This document shows, in pieces, positions 38,249 through 50,900 of a stretch of 64,000 nucleotides of DNA; the first letter of the stretch is position 1; the number at the start of each line of letters is the position of its first letter. The notes beneath the pieces are model-generated. The model was not told where the DNA came from, did not search any database, and saw nothing but the letters and a program-made list of their open reading frames with translations. The stretch comes from Dipteris shenzhenensis (taxonomy: Eukaryota). The position numbers were made by a program, and so were the translations under genes. The stretch is taken from assembly GCA_047967505.1 (NCBI GenBank), contig CM106538.1; one strand, given 5' to 3'.

Positions 38249-41200
38249 ATGCAAGGAGTCACCATGCAGATGCCAAGTAGGTTACCCACACAAGGAGCTG
38301 GGCCTTCCCATCCCCAAATGCCAACACCTATGTATGGAGGGGTAGGACCCTCAGCTCAGGCATCGATACCCACCAACCAGTGGACACTAGCCCCACGACC
38401 CAACAGGCCAGTTATAAGGTTGCCAATGTATCCTACTAGGCCTATACCTACGCAGCTTCCACAAACGGCCCAACCAGTGCCCCAAATAGTTTTATCCGAT
38501 GAGGAAATGCACATCCGAGTGGAAGCGCTAGGAAGGGGGCCACTCCACCCCTAGTGCTACCAAGGGACCTAAATTCCTCAAGGAGTAGACCAATTGTCAT
38601 CTCCAAATTAATGACCAAGCTTTTAGGAGAAGGTGATCTGGTCACCCGTGTAGAGCGCTTTGAGCAGATATGCAAAACATTCGATGCTCCAGGTGATTTG
38701 GAAAGGGTCAATTCCTTTGGACTTACCCTAGATGGCAAGGCGGGGCAATGGTTTAGGGCTCTTGGACAAGAAGAAAAGATTAATGGGAGACACTACGCAA
38801 AGCCTTCATTGTAGGGTTTGCTCCCAATGGCCCCAAATGGATCCCACTTAACTAACTGTATGAGGTGAAGCAGAAAGACCACGAGTTCCTTAAGACTATA
38901 TAGCCCAAATTAAACACTTTAACTCCCATTGTGAGCCTCATGAGAGAATGAGTGACATGAATCTCCTCCCACGCTTGCTCATTGTATTGGTAGATGCTGA
39001 ACCCCATGATCATTTATTTTCCACGCGTCCCACATCCTTCAAGCTCTACACCATAAGGTAGCCATTCTCCTTGGTGACAATATGAAATATAAGGCTCAAA
39101 AGAAGAAACGTGAGGCCACTTCCAAAGTGTCACACACAACATGGTCCTCCATAGTGAGGTTGTCGTGCATTAACCAAATGCAATTTCAAATCAGCTTCCT
39201 TGGACAATGGAATGGATTGAAACCTTACAAAGCTGGTAACATGTCATTGTTAGGTGCCCTTGCTCCCTCTGAAAACCCATAGCTTCCTCTTCTTAGAGGG
39301 TTTAGTTTGCTAAAAGTCATGTTGCAATTGCAACTTGATGGAGAGTATGGATCAAAGAACTTAGTGCTTCGAGTAGTATAGATACATGGCTTGAGGAATT
39401 CAATGCTATAACTAGTCATGCTTCCATATGTTAAGGATGGAGATGGAGTTTCTAGTTTCTATGTTTGTTATAAATAAACCTTTTTCTTCCATGCATAGAA
39501 GAATTCCCCTGATGGATCCATCTTAAGCATTCTCAAGTTCTAGTAAGTGCCCTTGATTAACTTAGGTCAGCTTGCACCCTTTGACAATTTACACTCACAT
39601 GAAGGTAGTGTTAAGTTGTGAGTCAACAAGGCATCACTAGTTTTAAAAGCCCAAAAAGCACACTTAAAAATCATGATGGAATAATTAGAACCCTTCTTAA
39701 TCAATCTTAAAACCACATTAGGCATTGGGGGGATTTTCACTTGAGGTTTGGGTGTTGGTCTATGGGCAAGTGCACTAATCCTGAAATGCTAGAGTTCATA
39801 TGGTGTGGTTAATCCTAGAAAGGTTGATTGAATGTGATTAATCAAGTAAACCGCAATAGTAGCAATTTCAACCCAATGGAACTTGGGTGTACCTGCGTGG
39901 TGCAGCATGCACCTTATAATCTCCATGGTTAGGCAATACTTGACTTCAGTTTTGCCATTTTGTTCGAGTGCGAACGAGATTGTTAACTCATGGTCGAGTC
40001 CAGGATCCAGGCAAAACTTGCTAAAGCAATGATTTTGGTACTCTCACCACCATTCTCAAAATATAGGCATTTCATGCATTTGCCACTTTAAGTTTCCACA
40101 AGATCTTTGAATTCTTGGAATTTATCAAAGGCATGATCTTTGTGTGAAACGAAAACAAATAAAGATGAAACAAGAGAAATCATCTATGACCTAAAGCTCA
40201 GGGCAGCTGAAGGCGGTTGACCTAAAAAGAATCACTCGCAGGCTATCACCTGAGCTATGGTTCATCGATTAAAGCTTGAGTGGACCTTCAATAGCTCCGT
40301 CTGTGAGTTATACGTGAACTTTTCTAGGATCTAGCTGCTTCAAACCTTCAACTTCTTTATGATTTCTTCTAGATTTGCTCGGTCTCGCAGGTGGTTCTTC
40401 AACACAGATCAAAATGACTTATATTCACAGTGAAGCTTGCCAAAGAAGCAGACAAATGCCTAAAAGGCATCGATATGGGAGAGTTGGCTGCTAATCTAGT
40501 GAGTCAACTGGGCCAACAATGGAAGGTCAGACCATCCAAGGATACCAACAACCCCCATTTGTTTCCAAGAAGAGAATGTATGATGTGGGATGTGTATGAG
40601 AAACCATCCTACCAATGAGTGTCCGCTCTTACGAGCAAGAATGTGAGCACTTTATTGTGCCCACTGTGTTAGATGGGGTAATTCTGACACTTCACAATGT
40701 AGATACTTGCGAGTGGTACCCCAGACTGCATACCAATACCACCCTGAACGATCTCTCACTGTGCCCCCAAATCCTTCCAAATAAGCTCAGATGGTGGCAC
40801 CAGGTGCAATGGCCACCCACTAGGACCAATATAGGGTGCAAAATGTCCCATTACCATTGCCAGCAGTCCTAGGCCCTCAACCACCACCACCATGCATAAC
40901 ACCTATAAATCAAGTGCTAGAGGAAGAGTTGTCGAGTGACTAGGAGGAGACAGTGTTTGATCAAGGGCTCCTTTAGTACCCTTCCTATGAGGAAGGTAGT
41001 GTACGTCCTAGTATTTTAAGCCATTACCTTTTATAGGATGACCAACATGTCCCCATATACCAAACAATCCCTATACTGCAAAGGGATAGGGACATGAATA
41101 TCTTAGCAAGCCCTCGATACAATGTTATACGTGTGCAAGGGAACACAAGGTAAGTGAGTGTCCTTACAAGGGGATGACAAATCCCATGGTGTAGTGTTTT

Positions 41201-41700
41201 AAATGTCATGTTCTAGAACCATCTCTTTAAGGAATGCCCTTATAGGAAACTCACCCAAGTGTTTCCAAACCCGAATGCCCTAGCAACTATGTGTGTTGGG
41301 CGCCGTGTTGAACATTTGTTCAAAGACTGCCCACTTAGACAGCCAGCAATGCCAGCCGCACCGCCTAAAAGTGCTAGCCTTCATCTATTAAAGCATAGAG
41401 CAAGGCCAAGTTGCCTCGGTACCCTTGAAAGTAATAACAAGAATGTAGGCCAAAGACTTCGTCAAGAAAATGTAAGCACAACCAATGCATCAACTGCAAT
41501 GTGTCAAAGCTACCCGTCAGAAAAAAATAGTACCCATGTGCTAAACATCCATCAATATAGCATCCCACAAGGTAATTTGGGCCTACTAGCACATCCAACA
41601 AGGACCACAATGCATCCAAATGGCCAATAAAGCTTCCAATGTAACCCAATGCAAACCACGAATTAGCGCACACGGCTCAAACTACAACAAGAGTGATCTG
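38249..41700 (+). pseudogene. Highly degenerate Gypsy-type gag region, interrupted by other sequence
   Basis: Pro/Gln-rich N-terminus, then GEGDLVTRVERFEQIC...FGLTLDGKAGQWF; zinc-knuckle remnants (HLFKDCP) near 41300. Boundaries approximate. Confidence 0.55.
39700..40190 (-). pseudogene. Degenerate Copia integrase fragment
   Basis: Minus strand reads KDHAFDKFQEFKDLVET*SGKCMKCLYFENGGE and IRCMLHHAGTPKFHWVEIATIAVYLIN. Confidence 0.75.
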
Positions 41701-41768
41701 CAAAGAGTAAGCCTGAAAATCACGACCTCAAGGCAATGACCGCTACTGAAAATAGACACTGGCCAAAG

Positions 41769-42872
41769 AATAGTATCTGAGGTGTGTTATTTAAAAGCAC
41801 TCATACCTAATGGGCACGATACTTTTCACACATGTCAATACAACCTATTTTGAGGTGAGTGCAAAGTATTGTGCCCATCGGATATGCTTTGGATGATCAA
41901 AGTTAGCACAAATCCACTTTTTCATCAAGTATTATGCACAACTCTCAAAAAATAGTATTTGAGGTGTGTTATTTAAATGTGCACATACCGGATGGGCACA
42001 CTATCTTGCACTCATGTAACTTTAACCTTTTTTGAGTCCTGTGCCAAGTATCGTCATCGGATATGCTTTGGATAGTCAAACTCGCCACAAAGTGGATTTT
42101 TCACTAAGTGTCATGCACAACCGTAAAAAAACCTGCTTTGGGTGTGTTATTCAAATGTGCACACACTTGATGGGCATGATACTTTGCATGTGTGTCAATA
42201 CAACCTATGTTGATCTGTGTGCAAAGTATCGTGCCCATCATATATGCTCTAGATGGTCGAAGTCCAAAAATCCCATTTTTCACCAAGTGTTATGCACAAT
42301 TGCCATAAAATGTATCTGAGGTGTGTCATTCAAATGCACTCATACCTAATGGGAATGATACTTTGCATACACATCAATACAATCTATATTGAGTTGCATG
42401 AAAAATATCATGCCCATCATATTTGCTTTGGATGGTCAAGCATGCCACAAACTCCGTTTTTCACTAAGTGTTATGCACAACCACCAAAAAATAGTATTTG
42501 AGGTGTATTATTCGAATGCTCTCATAGCCGATGGGAACGATGCTTTGTACACGTGCTAATCTAATCTAATTAGAGGCGCATGAAAAATATTGTGTCCATT
42601 AGATATGCTTTGGATGGTCAAACGCGCCACAAACCCCATTTTTCATCAAGTGTTATGCACAATTATCAAAGAATAGTATCTGAGGTGTGTATTCAAATGA
42701 ACTCATACCCGATGGGCACATCAAGTATTATGCACAACCGCCAAAAAATAGTATTTAAGGTGTGTTATTCAAGTACACACATATTGGATGGGCACAATAC
42801 CTTGCACTCGTGTCAATTTTACCTTTTTTGAGTCCTTTTCTAAGTATCGTGCCCATCGAATATGATTTGGAT
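41769..42872. repeat. Short diverged tandem satellite, ~181-bp monomer, ~6 copies
   Basis: AATAGTAT(C/T)TGAGGTGTGTTATT at ~41769, 41951, 42130, 42309, 42490, 42672 and 42747 (after a truncated unit). Confidence 0.88.
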
Positions 42873-43475
42873 ACGTTTTAATTCTATAATTCTTGACTCT
42901 TTTCCTTATATTTCTTGTATAATGGTTTATATGCATCTCTATTTTCCCTATAACATGTTCTGCTAATAGTTGTAAATTTGTTCATGTGCTTCTCTTCCAA
43001 TTTGGATTCCTATGCATTTGTGTTTGACCATCCTTGGCCTTTTATCTCTCTTTACTTCTTTGATGCTATCTATTGAATCTTGCTTATTTTTTTAAGCTGG
43101 CTATGATTCATTTCAATATGGTGAGTTTCAATTCTTGAGTCTCATACAACATTGTAGCTCCTTTTGAGATGGTCTGCCATTTGTTTAGCTATTGTTGCTA
43201 TTTATAGCTCAACGTGTTCTTCTTGCAAACTTGTTGTGGTTGTGGTTGTACTTTGTTGGTTTGTTCTAGCGATTGTTGCATACATATATTCTCAAATCTT
43301 TTATTTCCAACTTGACTTTCGTTTTGAAGTTCTCTTTTAGCAACTTGAAGGATTTTCTAGACCACTAGGATACTTTGCCTTTCTTGTTCCTCCAAGCTTA
43401 GATTGTTAAACGTTTCTATTATTTGCTAGAACTATGAAGCATAATGCCAAACGATTTGAAAGGATGGGTGTCTCT

Positions 43476-43835
43476 TGGGCAAAGTTTTGAATTGGTAGAA
43501 CGTTGTCCTGGCTTCCTTTGAAAGAATTTTGGCTATGGTTTTTGACTACCCACGAGATAGCCCAGCTTCTTTTTTGACAAAATAGCTAGGATTTATAGTT
43601 GGATGTAATTGTATTGCATTGGATTGAGCTAGTTGCCAAAGAGGCTTTTCATTGTTCACACTATGACTCTATGATGGATGATAGGAGATGTGGGCAAAGT
43701 TTTGAATTGGTAGCATGTTGTCATGGCCCCCTTCGAAATAATTTTGGCCATGCGTTGTGATTAACTATGAGCTAACCATACATTATTATTTTGATAATAT
43801 GGCTAGGGTTTGTAGTTGGATGTAATTGTATTTCA
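43476..43835. repeat. Diverged tandem duplication, period ~215 bp
   Basis: TGGGCAAAGTTTTGAATTGGTAG and TAGTTGGATGTAATTGTATT each occur twice at this spacing. Confidence 0.65.
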
Positions 43836-44639
43836 TTTTCTTTGTATTTGTCACCAAGGACAACTTCATTGATGTTGCTTCAATAAGTCTTGTCCTTGAT
43901 GTCTTTGTGAAACAACCCTTCATTTGTTAGTTTTACTCCTAGAGGAAATAGATGTCAAATCTAAAAAAACTTGGTCTTGTTTTTCCTTAGAGTTGGATAC
44001 TTTTCTCTTAGTATAGGAAAATTGAAGACCTTCATTAGAAATGAGATGTTCTGACTTAAATCCTTCCTTTGAGGCTATCTATTGACAATTACAGTCTCAT
44101 ATGCCTCCTTTTAAGGACATGACATTTGTGAATAATTATTTGTTGTGAGTCTGTGATGCTCAATCCTTCATGTGGACCTTCGTTATATGCTCTGTGCAAT
44201 GTTTGTACACCACTCAACTTATGCACATGTTATGCTAAATAAGCCATATCATGATTTTAAATTTTAGCCAGTTTATCATCCATCCTATTGTAACTACGTC
44301 TTCAAAAACTTGTGTTGCTTGTGTGACAATCCTTATGTGTCTAATTATGTAATAAAAGAACTCCGTGCTTCCAAATCCTTTGATTGGTTGTTGATGGATG
44401 TGAAGCATCAGGGTATCACTTGCTTTATTGTCATTCACATCATGGAAGTGAATCAAAATCCATCCAATATCTCAAGCAATCCTATACTAATAAGAGTAAA
44501 CTTCTTCCCTATGCAAGGTCCTTGTCTTAAATACTCCAATTTTCCTTGTGAACCTTAGCATTTTATGACACTACTAATTGCCCTATCCAATATCTTTTAT
44601 ATTCCTATCAAACCATGATTTGTGTCTTCTCATTTTTGT

Positions 44640-45970
44640 TATCATGGCATGAGAGGCCCCCTTTTCTTGGGATTAGTATGTCTATATAGTAAATATAATC
44701 TTCTCATTAGGGATTTATTATGTCCAAATAATTCTTCTATGGCCATTTTCAAACTAGGTATTATGAGTTCTAGTGGAGTCATTGCTTCGTGGCCATACAC
44801 AAATTGAAAAGGTGTGAATGTTATGCTAACCTTGACTATTACCGTAGAAGTCAGGAAGGCCACATTAAGCTATTCATCCCAATCTACTCTTTCAAGTTCC
44901 ATTGCCTTGGTAAGTATATTTCACAAGACCTCATTGGTGAGTTTGCATGTCCATTCCCTTTTAGATAATATACCATGATCCATTGGTGGATATGCTTCAA
45001 TGGATGGCACTAGTGGAATATCATGAAGCCTATCAAATACAATCTTTAATCAACAACCATGTTAAATGATCACTTGCTCAAAGAGAAGCTTTGTGGTGTT
45101 TTTGGCATTTACTTTTCTCATTTCCTTCACCCATTTTGTGGAATAATTTGTGGCAACAATTACGTATTAGGCTTGAATGCCTTTTGTGATTGATATATAC
45201 GTCCCACATAATCAATCCCCCATTTCTCAAAAGGTTTTCAGAAAAGAATACAAAACTGTCGTCAAAGCTCAATGATCAAGGGAAGATGCCTCAAAGTGAT
45301 GAGTCACAAAAAAGTTCTGATGATCAGTCTCGCACGGGTAGAGAAGTCAAGGAGACTTGTAAAAGTGAGAAGGTTTCCAATAAGAAAGGTAAGGAAGAAG
45401 TGGCTTCTTCGAAGGAATCCCGAAGAAAGAGGACCAAGCTTGAAAGCAAGATAGGGATTCAGAGAAGGTTTCAGGTGAAGATGTTAAACAAGGTCCTCCT
45501 AAGCATGAGTCAGTTTAGGCAATGAAGGGAAAAGCTAAGCTAAGCAAATGGATCAAAACACTAATATGTAGCAATAGGATTGGCAGTAAACGATTACCCA
45601 TGGTCTTGATGACTTGGAATGTTACAGTTTAGGATCAATTTTCGAGCAATTAAGAGACCTTAGGTGTAGGGGTGGTCTTTCTACCTTGAGATATCCTATG
45701 ATATTTTTACAACATTAGAGAACTTCATCTATTTAAAAGAGTGAAGCATAAGTCCTCACGTGGGACATATGATCTGCAATATACTATTGTGCCCCTTTAC
45801 TCACCACAATCTTGAATTTAAATCGCTCTAACAATAGAAGCCACTTGGTTATTCTACCTATACTGCAAGGTCGGTTAACCAAATATACCAAGTCTTGATA
45901 ATTAGTGTAGAAGAAAAAACCCTTTGCTAGTAAATAGTGCCTAAACTTATCGTCTACTTGGTACATGGAG
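44640..45970 (-). pseudogene. Degenerate Gypsy RNase H/integrase fragments
   Basis: KFRHYLL...GRITKWLLLLERFKF (45784-45966) and TPFQFVYGHEAMTPLEL (44642-44863). Confidence 0.75.
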
Positions 45971-46939
45971 GCATGACAGAGACCAAAAGGTTGATGCTTG
46001 TAGAAGGCTTTGAACGATTTGATGAAGAGGGCTCATAATTGGATATTGTCATCGCATAGCAAAGCATGGTCACTGGCAATAATGAAAGGCCGGATGTCAA
46101 TCCATAGGACTTTATTCATAATCCATGAGTGCAAGGTACAATTTCATAAGTAATGTGTTTTGAATTTAAATTTACCTAGTTCATTTGTGTGTGGAAATGC
46201 AAACAATATTGCCATGCTTGTCCTTTATGGAACACATTTCTCTTTTAATTGACATCGCACACACGTTACATAGTATAGGATGCTGAAAATAGACCATTGC
46301 TATTTCTTCTTACTTAGTGTGGTAGTTATGCATAATTGATTTGACGTCTTGCGAAGTAGGTTGGGTAGTCCTAATTGTGTTATCTTGGTACACTTCCGAC
46401 ATCATAATTGACTAGATACTTGACGTCTCATAAGTTGACTAAAGCATTTTACCTCCTAAAGCCCCTTCATGTATAAGATTTACATGACAATATATTTGAG
46501 AGATTAGCAATACTATACAAGAAAAATAATTCACAAGAACAATGATGATAGGAGTTTATAAAACACATGGTTTCTTTCTCTATCTCTCACTGGTTCTATC
46601 ATTCTAATGTGACCTTAAGGCTTCCTACTTTATTGTTCTCTAAGTTTCACTATATTCACAAGACTACCTTTACTTGACCTTGACTGGTGTGCACTAGTAT
46701 GCCCTTTTTATTTGCCTTTGTCAACAATAATTGCTTGATTTGCCATAGGAACTTGATATAGTCACAATTACTCGATTGACAACACCAACTCTGGTAGTGT
46801 CTTTCTACTCAAAGTTCATTTGTCTGATTAAATGATTCTTGATCTAAACTATGGCACTTTAGTCTATTAAGAATCATAAAAGGTACTAGAGGCACATTGA
46901 TTGGGTATTAAATTGTCATAGTGCTAATTGTCCAGCCTC

Positions 46940-47135
46940 AAATTGTGTAAACCTACAAAATGTAAATGCCACCACAATCAAAGATCATTATCCCCTTCTG
47001 CTGATTGAAACAATGTTAGAAAGGGTCACATAATTTGATATCTACATCTTGTGGGATGGATTTAGTGGGCTCCAAACGAATTTAAATAGCACTGGAAGAT
47101 CAAGTAAAGATAGCCTTTGCAATTGAATGGGGATT
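46940..47135 (+). pseudogene. Gypsy RT fragment
   Basis: CVNLQNVNATTIKDHYPL...DGFSG, then IALEDQVKIAFAIEWG after a frameshift. Confidence 0.75.
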
Positions 47136-47663
47136 TTTTTTTTGTAGGGCCGACTGAAGCAGACACTGACGAGGCTGACCAACACTAACATTGACTAGCT
47201 GACCAACACGAAAACACCACGTGAACAACTCACACTTCCCCTCTCTGACACATGTGCCACTAGTCCACCTCCACCGAGCATGCACCCATATCGCCGTTCA
47301 CCACATGGCAGCTCCCTCCCCAAGCTGTCGACAGCGGGCCAAAAATCGACGGTTGTTGGCAACAACCGATGAAACCAGCCTCCTCCCAGTAGCCACGTCC
47401 TTGAGGAGGATGCCGCCTTCCGATGCGTACCGATTCCATGCGCATCCGGGTCACATTGAGACGCATTCCCTCGTGGAAAGTGCTCAGTCGAGAGAAAGTG
47501 CTATTGGGGCACGTTCCCTAGTATTATGGCTTCTTCCTTGCTTATGAGTATTTATCTTGCTAATGTTGCTATCTTAAGCTCATGAGTGAATGAATTTGTT
47601 CAAGGGGTCTGGTATCCTCCTCCTGCTGTGTAGATCTCCCACAGTCACACGCTTCCAAACAGA

Positions 47664-47929
47664 ATGAATACAGGTGGGCATTCCCTTGCCTTCAGAGTCA
47701 TGCGTCTCTGCAAGCCTTCCTTCCAAGTTGATCTGCCACTCCGCGTGGATCCCGTGGATCTCATGGTCGGAGAAGACTTTCTGGAGAATGCTCAGTCTGC
47801 CCACGATCTTGCCCGTGTACTTTCCAAAGATCGTGCTCGAGAAGAAGGTTATTGGAGGAGATTTGAATTGGAGGACCCTTCTGACGCAATGGGCTTGTCA
47901 GGTCTTCTTGTTCTTCCACAAACTTTCGG
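47664..47929 (+). CDS. TRAPPC13: Trafficking protein particle complex subunit 13, coding exon 1
   Basis: MNTGGHSLAFRVMRLCKPSF...GLSGLLVLPQTFG matches the plant TRAPPC13 N-terminus as I recall it (HSLAFRVMRLCKPSF...LLLPQSFG); donor GG|GTGAAG, phase 2. Confidence 0.93.
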
Positions 47930-48102
47930 GTGAAGATCTATCTTTGTTTTGGCCTTCAATTCCAATTCTTCTGACAATTCGGTTTTATCTGGAATTTTTA
48001 TTGTGCTTAATTCAGCTGTACATATCCATTACAATTGGAAAATTTCCTTGCTTGGTCGATTTCGAGCTTGTTTTGATCAAATTCTGTATTCTCCTTCTGC
48101 AG

Positions 48103-48187
48103 CTCTATTTATCTGGGGGAGACGTTCTGCAGCTATATTAGTGTGGCAAATCATACACGTTATGACGTTGGAGACGTTGCCATCAAG
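48103..48187 (+). CDS. TRAPPC13: TRAPPC13 coding exon 2
   Basis: Acceptor CTCCTTCTGCAG, encodes (G)SIYLGETFCSYISVANHTRYDVGDVAIK, donor AAG|GTTGAA; phases consistent with exons 1 and 3. Confidence 0.93.
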
Positions 48188-48462
48188 GTTGAAGCTTCTC
48201 TAACAGATACAAACAGCAAAAGTTGCTAAGCTTAATTTAGTTGTCGCTCTAGATAAAACATTTACTTGTCCAAAGTTTTAAAAGTTGCTAAGATTTATTT
48301 TAATTGTCACTCTAGATAAAACATGTACTGTAGTTTTGTGCATTCGAAGCTTCTGTTCTCTTGTTTATTTTTTATTCATTTGAGGTATACAACCCTGTCC
48401 TAAACTTGTCCTCTTTTACTATTTTGTATTCTGAAGATGAGCTCAAGTTTATCGTTATTCAG

Positions 48463-48593
48463 GCTGAGATTCAAACAGAACGTCAAAGGATTGTTCTGGC
48501 TGATAACTCCAAGTCCCCCATGGATTTTATCAAAGGAGGTGGGCGCTACGATTTCATAATCGAACACGACATCAAAGAACTTGGGCCACACAC
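48463..48593 (+). CDS. TRAPPC13: TRAPPC13 coding exon 3 (gene presumably continues beyond the window)
   Basis: Acceptor TTATTCAG, encodes AEIQTERQRIVLADNSKSPMDFIKGGGRYDFIIEHDIKELGPH(T), donor AC|GTAAGA. Confidence 0.93.
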
Positions 48594-49585
48594 GTAAGAG
48601 TTGCATTGCCATCTCAACCACGTTTGTAGCGTTCTCTGCTGTGGATTTCTTCTATCCTAGAATAAAAGGTCCTTAGCTATAACGCAAGGATTTGTGACGC
48701 TGCCCATTCGACTGAGAACACAGGGCTGGGACTTGTTTGGCTTTAACCTGGCAATAAATGGCCGTTGTTTGAATTTGTATGAGCAGGCTTCCACCCTCCA
48801 TGGTCCACTAAACTGGTCTGTTATGCATCTGACATATGATTAGTCGACTTTACTCCTGCAATTTGACTTCCATTTTGCAATTTTGAGTTTATCCAGTTCT
48901 GCAACAATCTCTTTCTGCAGAGTTACTCCCCCCCACTCCTTTCTCTTTTTGCATAGTTAATCTGTGGATTTGACAAGTTACAGCCTCATTTTTGAAGCCA
49001 GATGAAAAATGCACCATAGACAGGCCTTAAGATGGATGGAGCATGAAATAAGAAGGGAGGGAGAAAGATTTATTACGTCTGTGGAGGCCAAGGGGAATAT
49101 AGGAAACTGTTTATTAACGGTATATCTAACTGTTTATGTTAATTTGGGGAGAGAGTGCTTCAGCTGAATTCTTAACGATGTGATTTTGGAAACGAGATGA
49201 GATTCTGATTTCTACTTAGGATGACCAATTGGATACAAGAAAACATATACCTTAACATGGGAAGAGATAGCCTCCTCGATGTCTCTCATATTCACTCATG
49301 CATGTATGTATAAGAAATCCTAGTAAAATAAATATCCCTGTGCTACTTGGATCCTGCGGATCTCCCACCAACACTGAGGGATGAAGCGAAATCATGGACA
49401 AGTTACCTGAGATAGAAGACACCTTGCATGTCCCCCCTTGCTTCCTTCCCTACCCCCCTTCTGCTCTCACAACCTCAGGGAAAATTGTTGAAGCTCTGAT
49501 AACAGTGTGACAAGCAAGGTGTCTAAGATAGTCTTACTAGTTGTGCCCATCCTAAATACTAACTATGGAAGCATGGAATGGTAAC

Positions 49586-49587
<2 letters not shown>

Positions 49588-49622
<35 letters not shown>
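49588..49622. repeat. (GA)n microsatellite
   Basis: Direct read. Confidence 0.9.
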
Positions 49623-49624
<2 letters not shown>

Positions 49625-50362
49625 GTATTAATGTCATTGGGAGGCCTCACAGGCCTATGAAACAAAGTACGATCAGCATAACAACTCATACAAGCCATCA
49701 TGGGCTGAAGCAAAGGGCTCGCTAAGGCCCTAGCTGAGTGCTATGCTAAGCTAATGATCTAAAAAACTCAAATCTCGAAAAAGAGAAATACACTCCCTGG
49801 GGTTTGAGGCTCTCAAGAGGTCCCAGTAGGCAGTGCGAAAGCTCCGATGACATATCCGGGAGTTGTGGTATCTCTCCGATATGACGCAAAGATGTTGCTT
49901 ATCTGTAGATGTCGGGCTGTCTCTCACGGTGGCGGGGGGCGTGGTCTCTGAGATCTCTGTATGTGGTGGGCGACATTGAGGGTGACACCTCGGGTCGGTC
50001 GGTCTCCTGAACCGGACTTAAAACCCTAAAACGAATCTGTATTCAGCTTTGAAACCCTAAACACGAATCACTGCTGGTAGAAACACAGCCTGGATCTTTG
50101 ATTCACAGCAGATAATCACCAAGATAGATTTCGAATGTAATAGATAACAGGGAAAACAGCATCTAATAGCTTCACCTGACGAGGAGCAGCAGTAGATTTC
50201 TTCTAGGAATCAAAACGAACTGAGAGATGGAGAGAAAGATCAGAGATTGCTACTTCCATATTTGTAATATTTCAGAAGAACTTCGCGATAGCAACTGGAG
50301 AACACAAACCGAGATCTGAAAATCAGAATTGCACCACTTATCTCACAGATTCTTCGCGATAG

Positions 50363-50581
50363 TGTTGGGGTAAAGGCACTGGCCACCCTTGTAACAGTAT
50401 TAATCTAGTACTACTAAGTACACTAAGTACACATTGTACTTAGGTACTTAGTGGCCCTAGTCTTATCCATATATATGTGTGTGTACTTGGGGAGGTACCA
50501 CTCACTCATTGTGATTATCCCCACTATTGTGTGTGCAGTGAGTCTCTCTACTCCCTACTCTATCTCCCTCACACTCTATCA
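50363..50581 (+). repeat. 5' LTR of Copia A (219 bp)
   Basis: TGTTGGGGTAAAGGCAC...CTATCA; the last 127 bp are identical to 55305-55431. Confidence 0.95.
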
Positions 50582-50583
50582 AC

Positions 50584-50596
50584 TGGTATCAGAGCC
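50584..50596 (+). promoter_or_regulatory. PBS (tRNA-iMet) of Copia A
   Basis: TGGTATCAGAGCC, 2 nt after the LTR. Confidence 0.95.
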
Positions 50597-50750
50597 AACG
50601 GGCTCTCTCCCTCCGCTTCCACTCCCATCTCTCCCTAGCCTAACCCTACCGTACGGACAAGTCCGTACGGCCGTACATCGTCCGTACAGCCGTACGGACG
50701 GATCGCGATAGCCAGGCCAAGGGCGAGGGCGCGGGTGTGGTAGCGCGGCT

Positions 50751-50900
50751 GCAAGGCGATGGCGCGGGCGGCGTAGCTGGAGCGGCTGCAAGCAAGGCGA
50801 TGGCGCGGGCGGCGTAGCTGGAGCGGCTGCAAGCAAGGCGATGGCGCGGGCGGTGTAGCTGGAGCGGCTGCAAGCAAGGCAGGAGCGCGGGCGGCGTAGC
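50751..50900. repeat. 41-bp GC-rich tandem repeat (3 full copies plus a partial) in the Copia A leader
   Basis: GCAAGGCGATGGCGCGGGCGGCGTAGCTGGAGCGGCTGCAA at ~50751, 50792, 50833. Confidence 0.85.

Noticed and set aside
41769-42872. Centromeric satellite call
   Set aside because: Only ~6 diverged copies; monomer length alone is not evidence of centromere function.
48940-49010. Candidate TRAPPC13 exon 4 after TTTTGCATAG
   Set aside because: The required phase 2 gives an immediate TAA, and no frame resembles the expected continuation.
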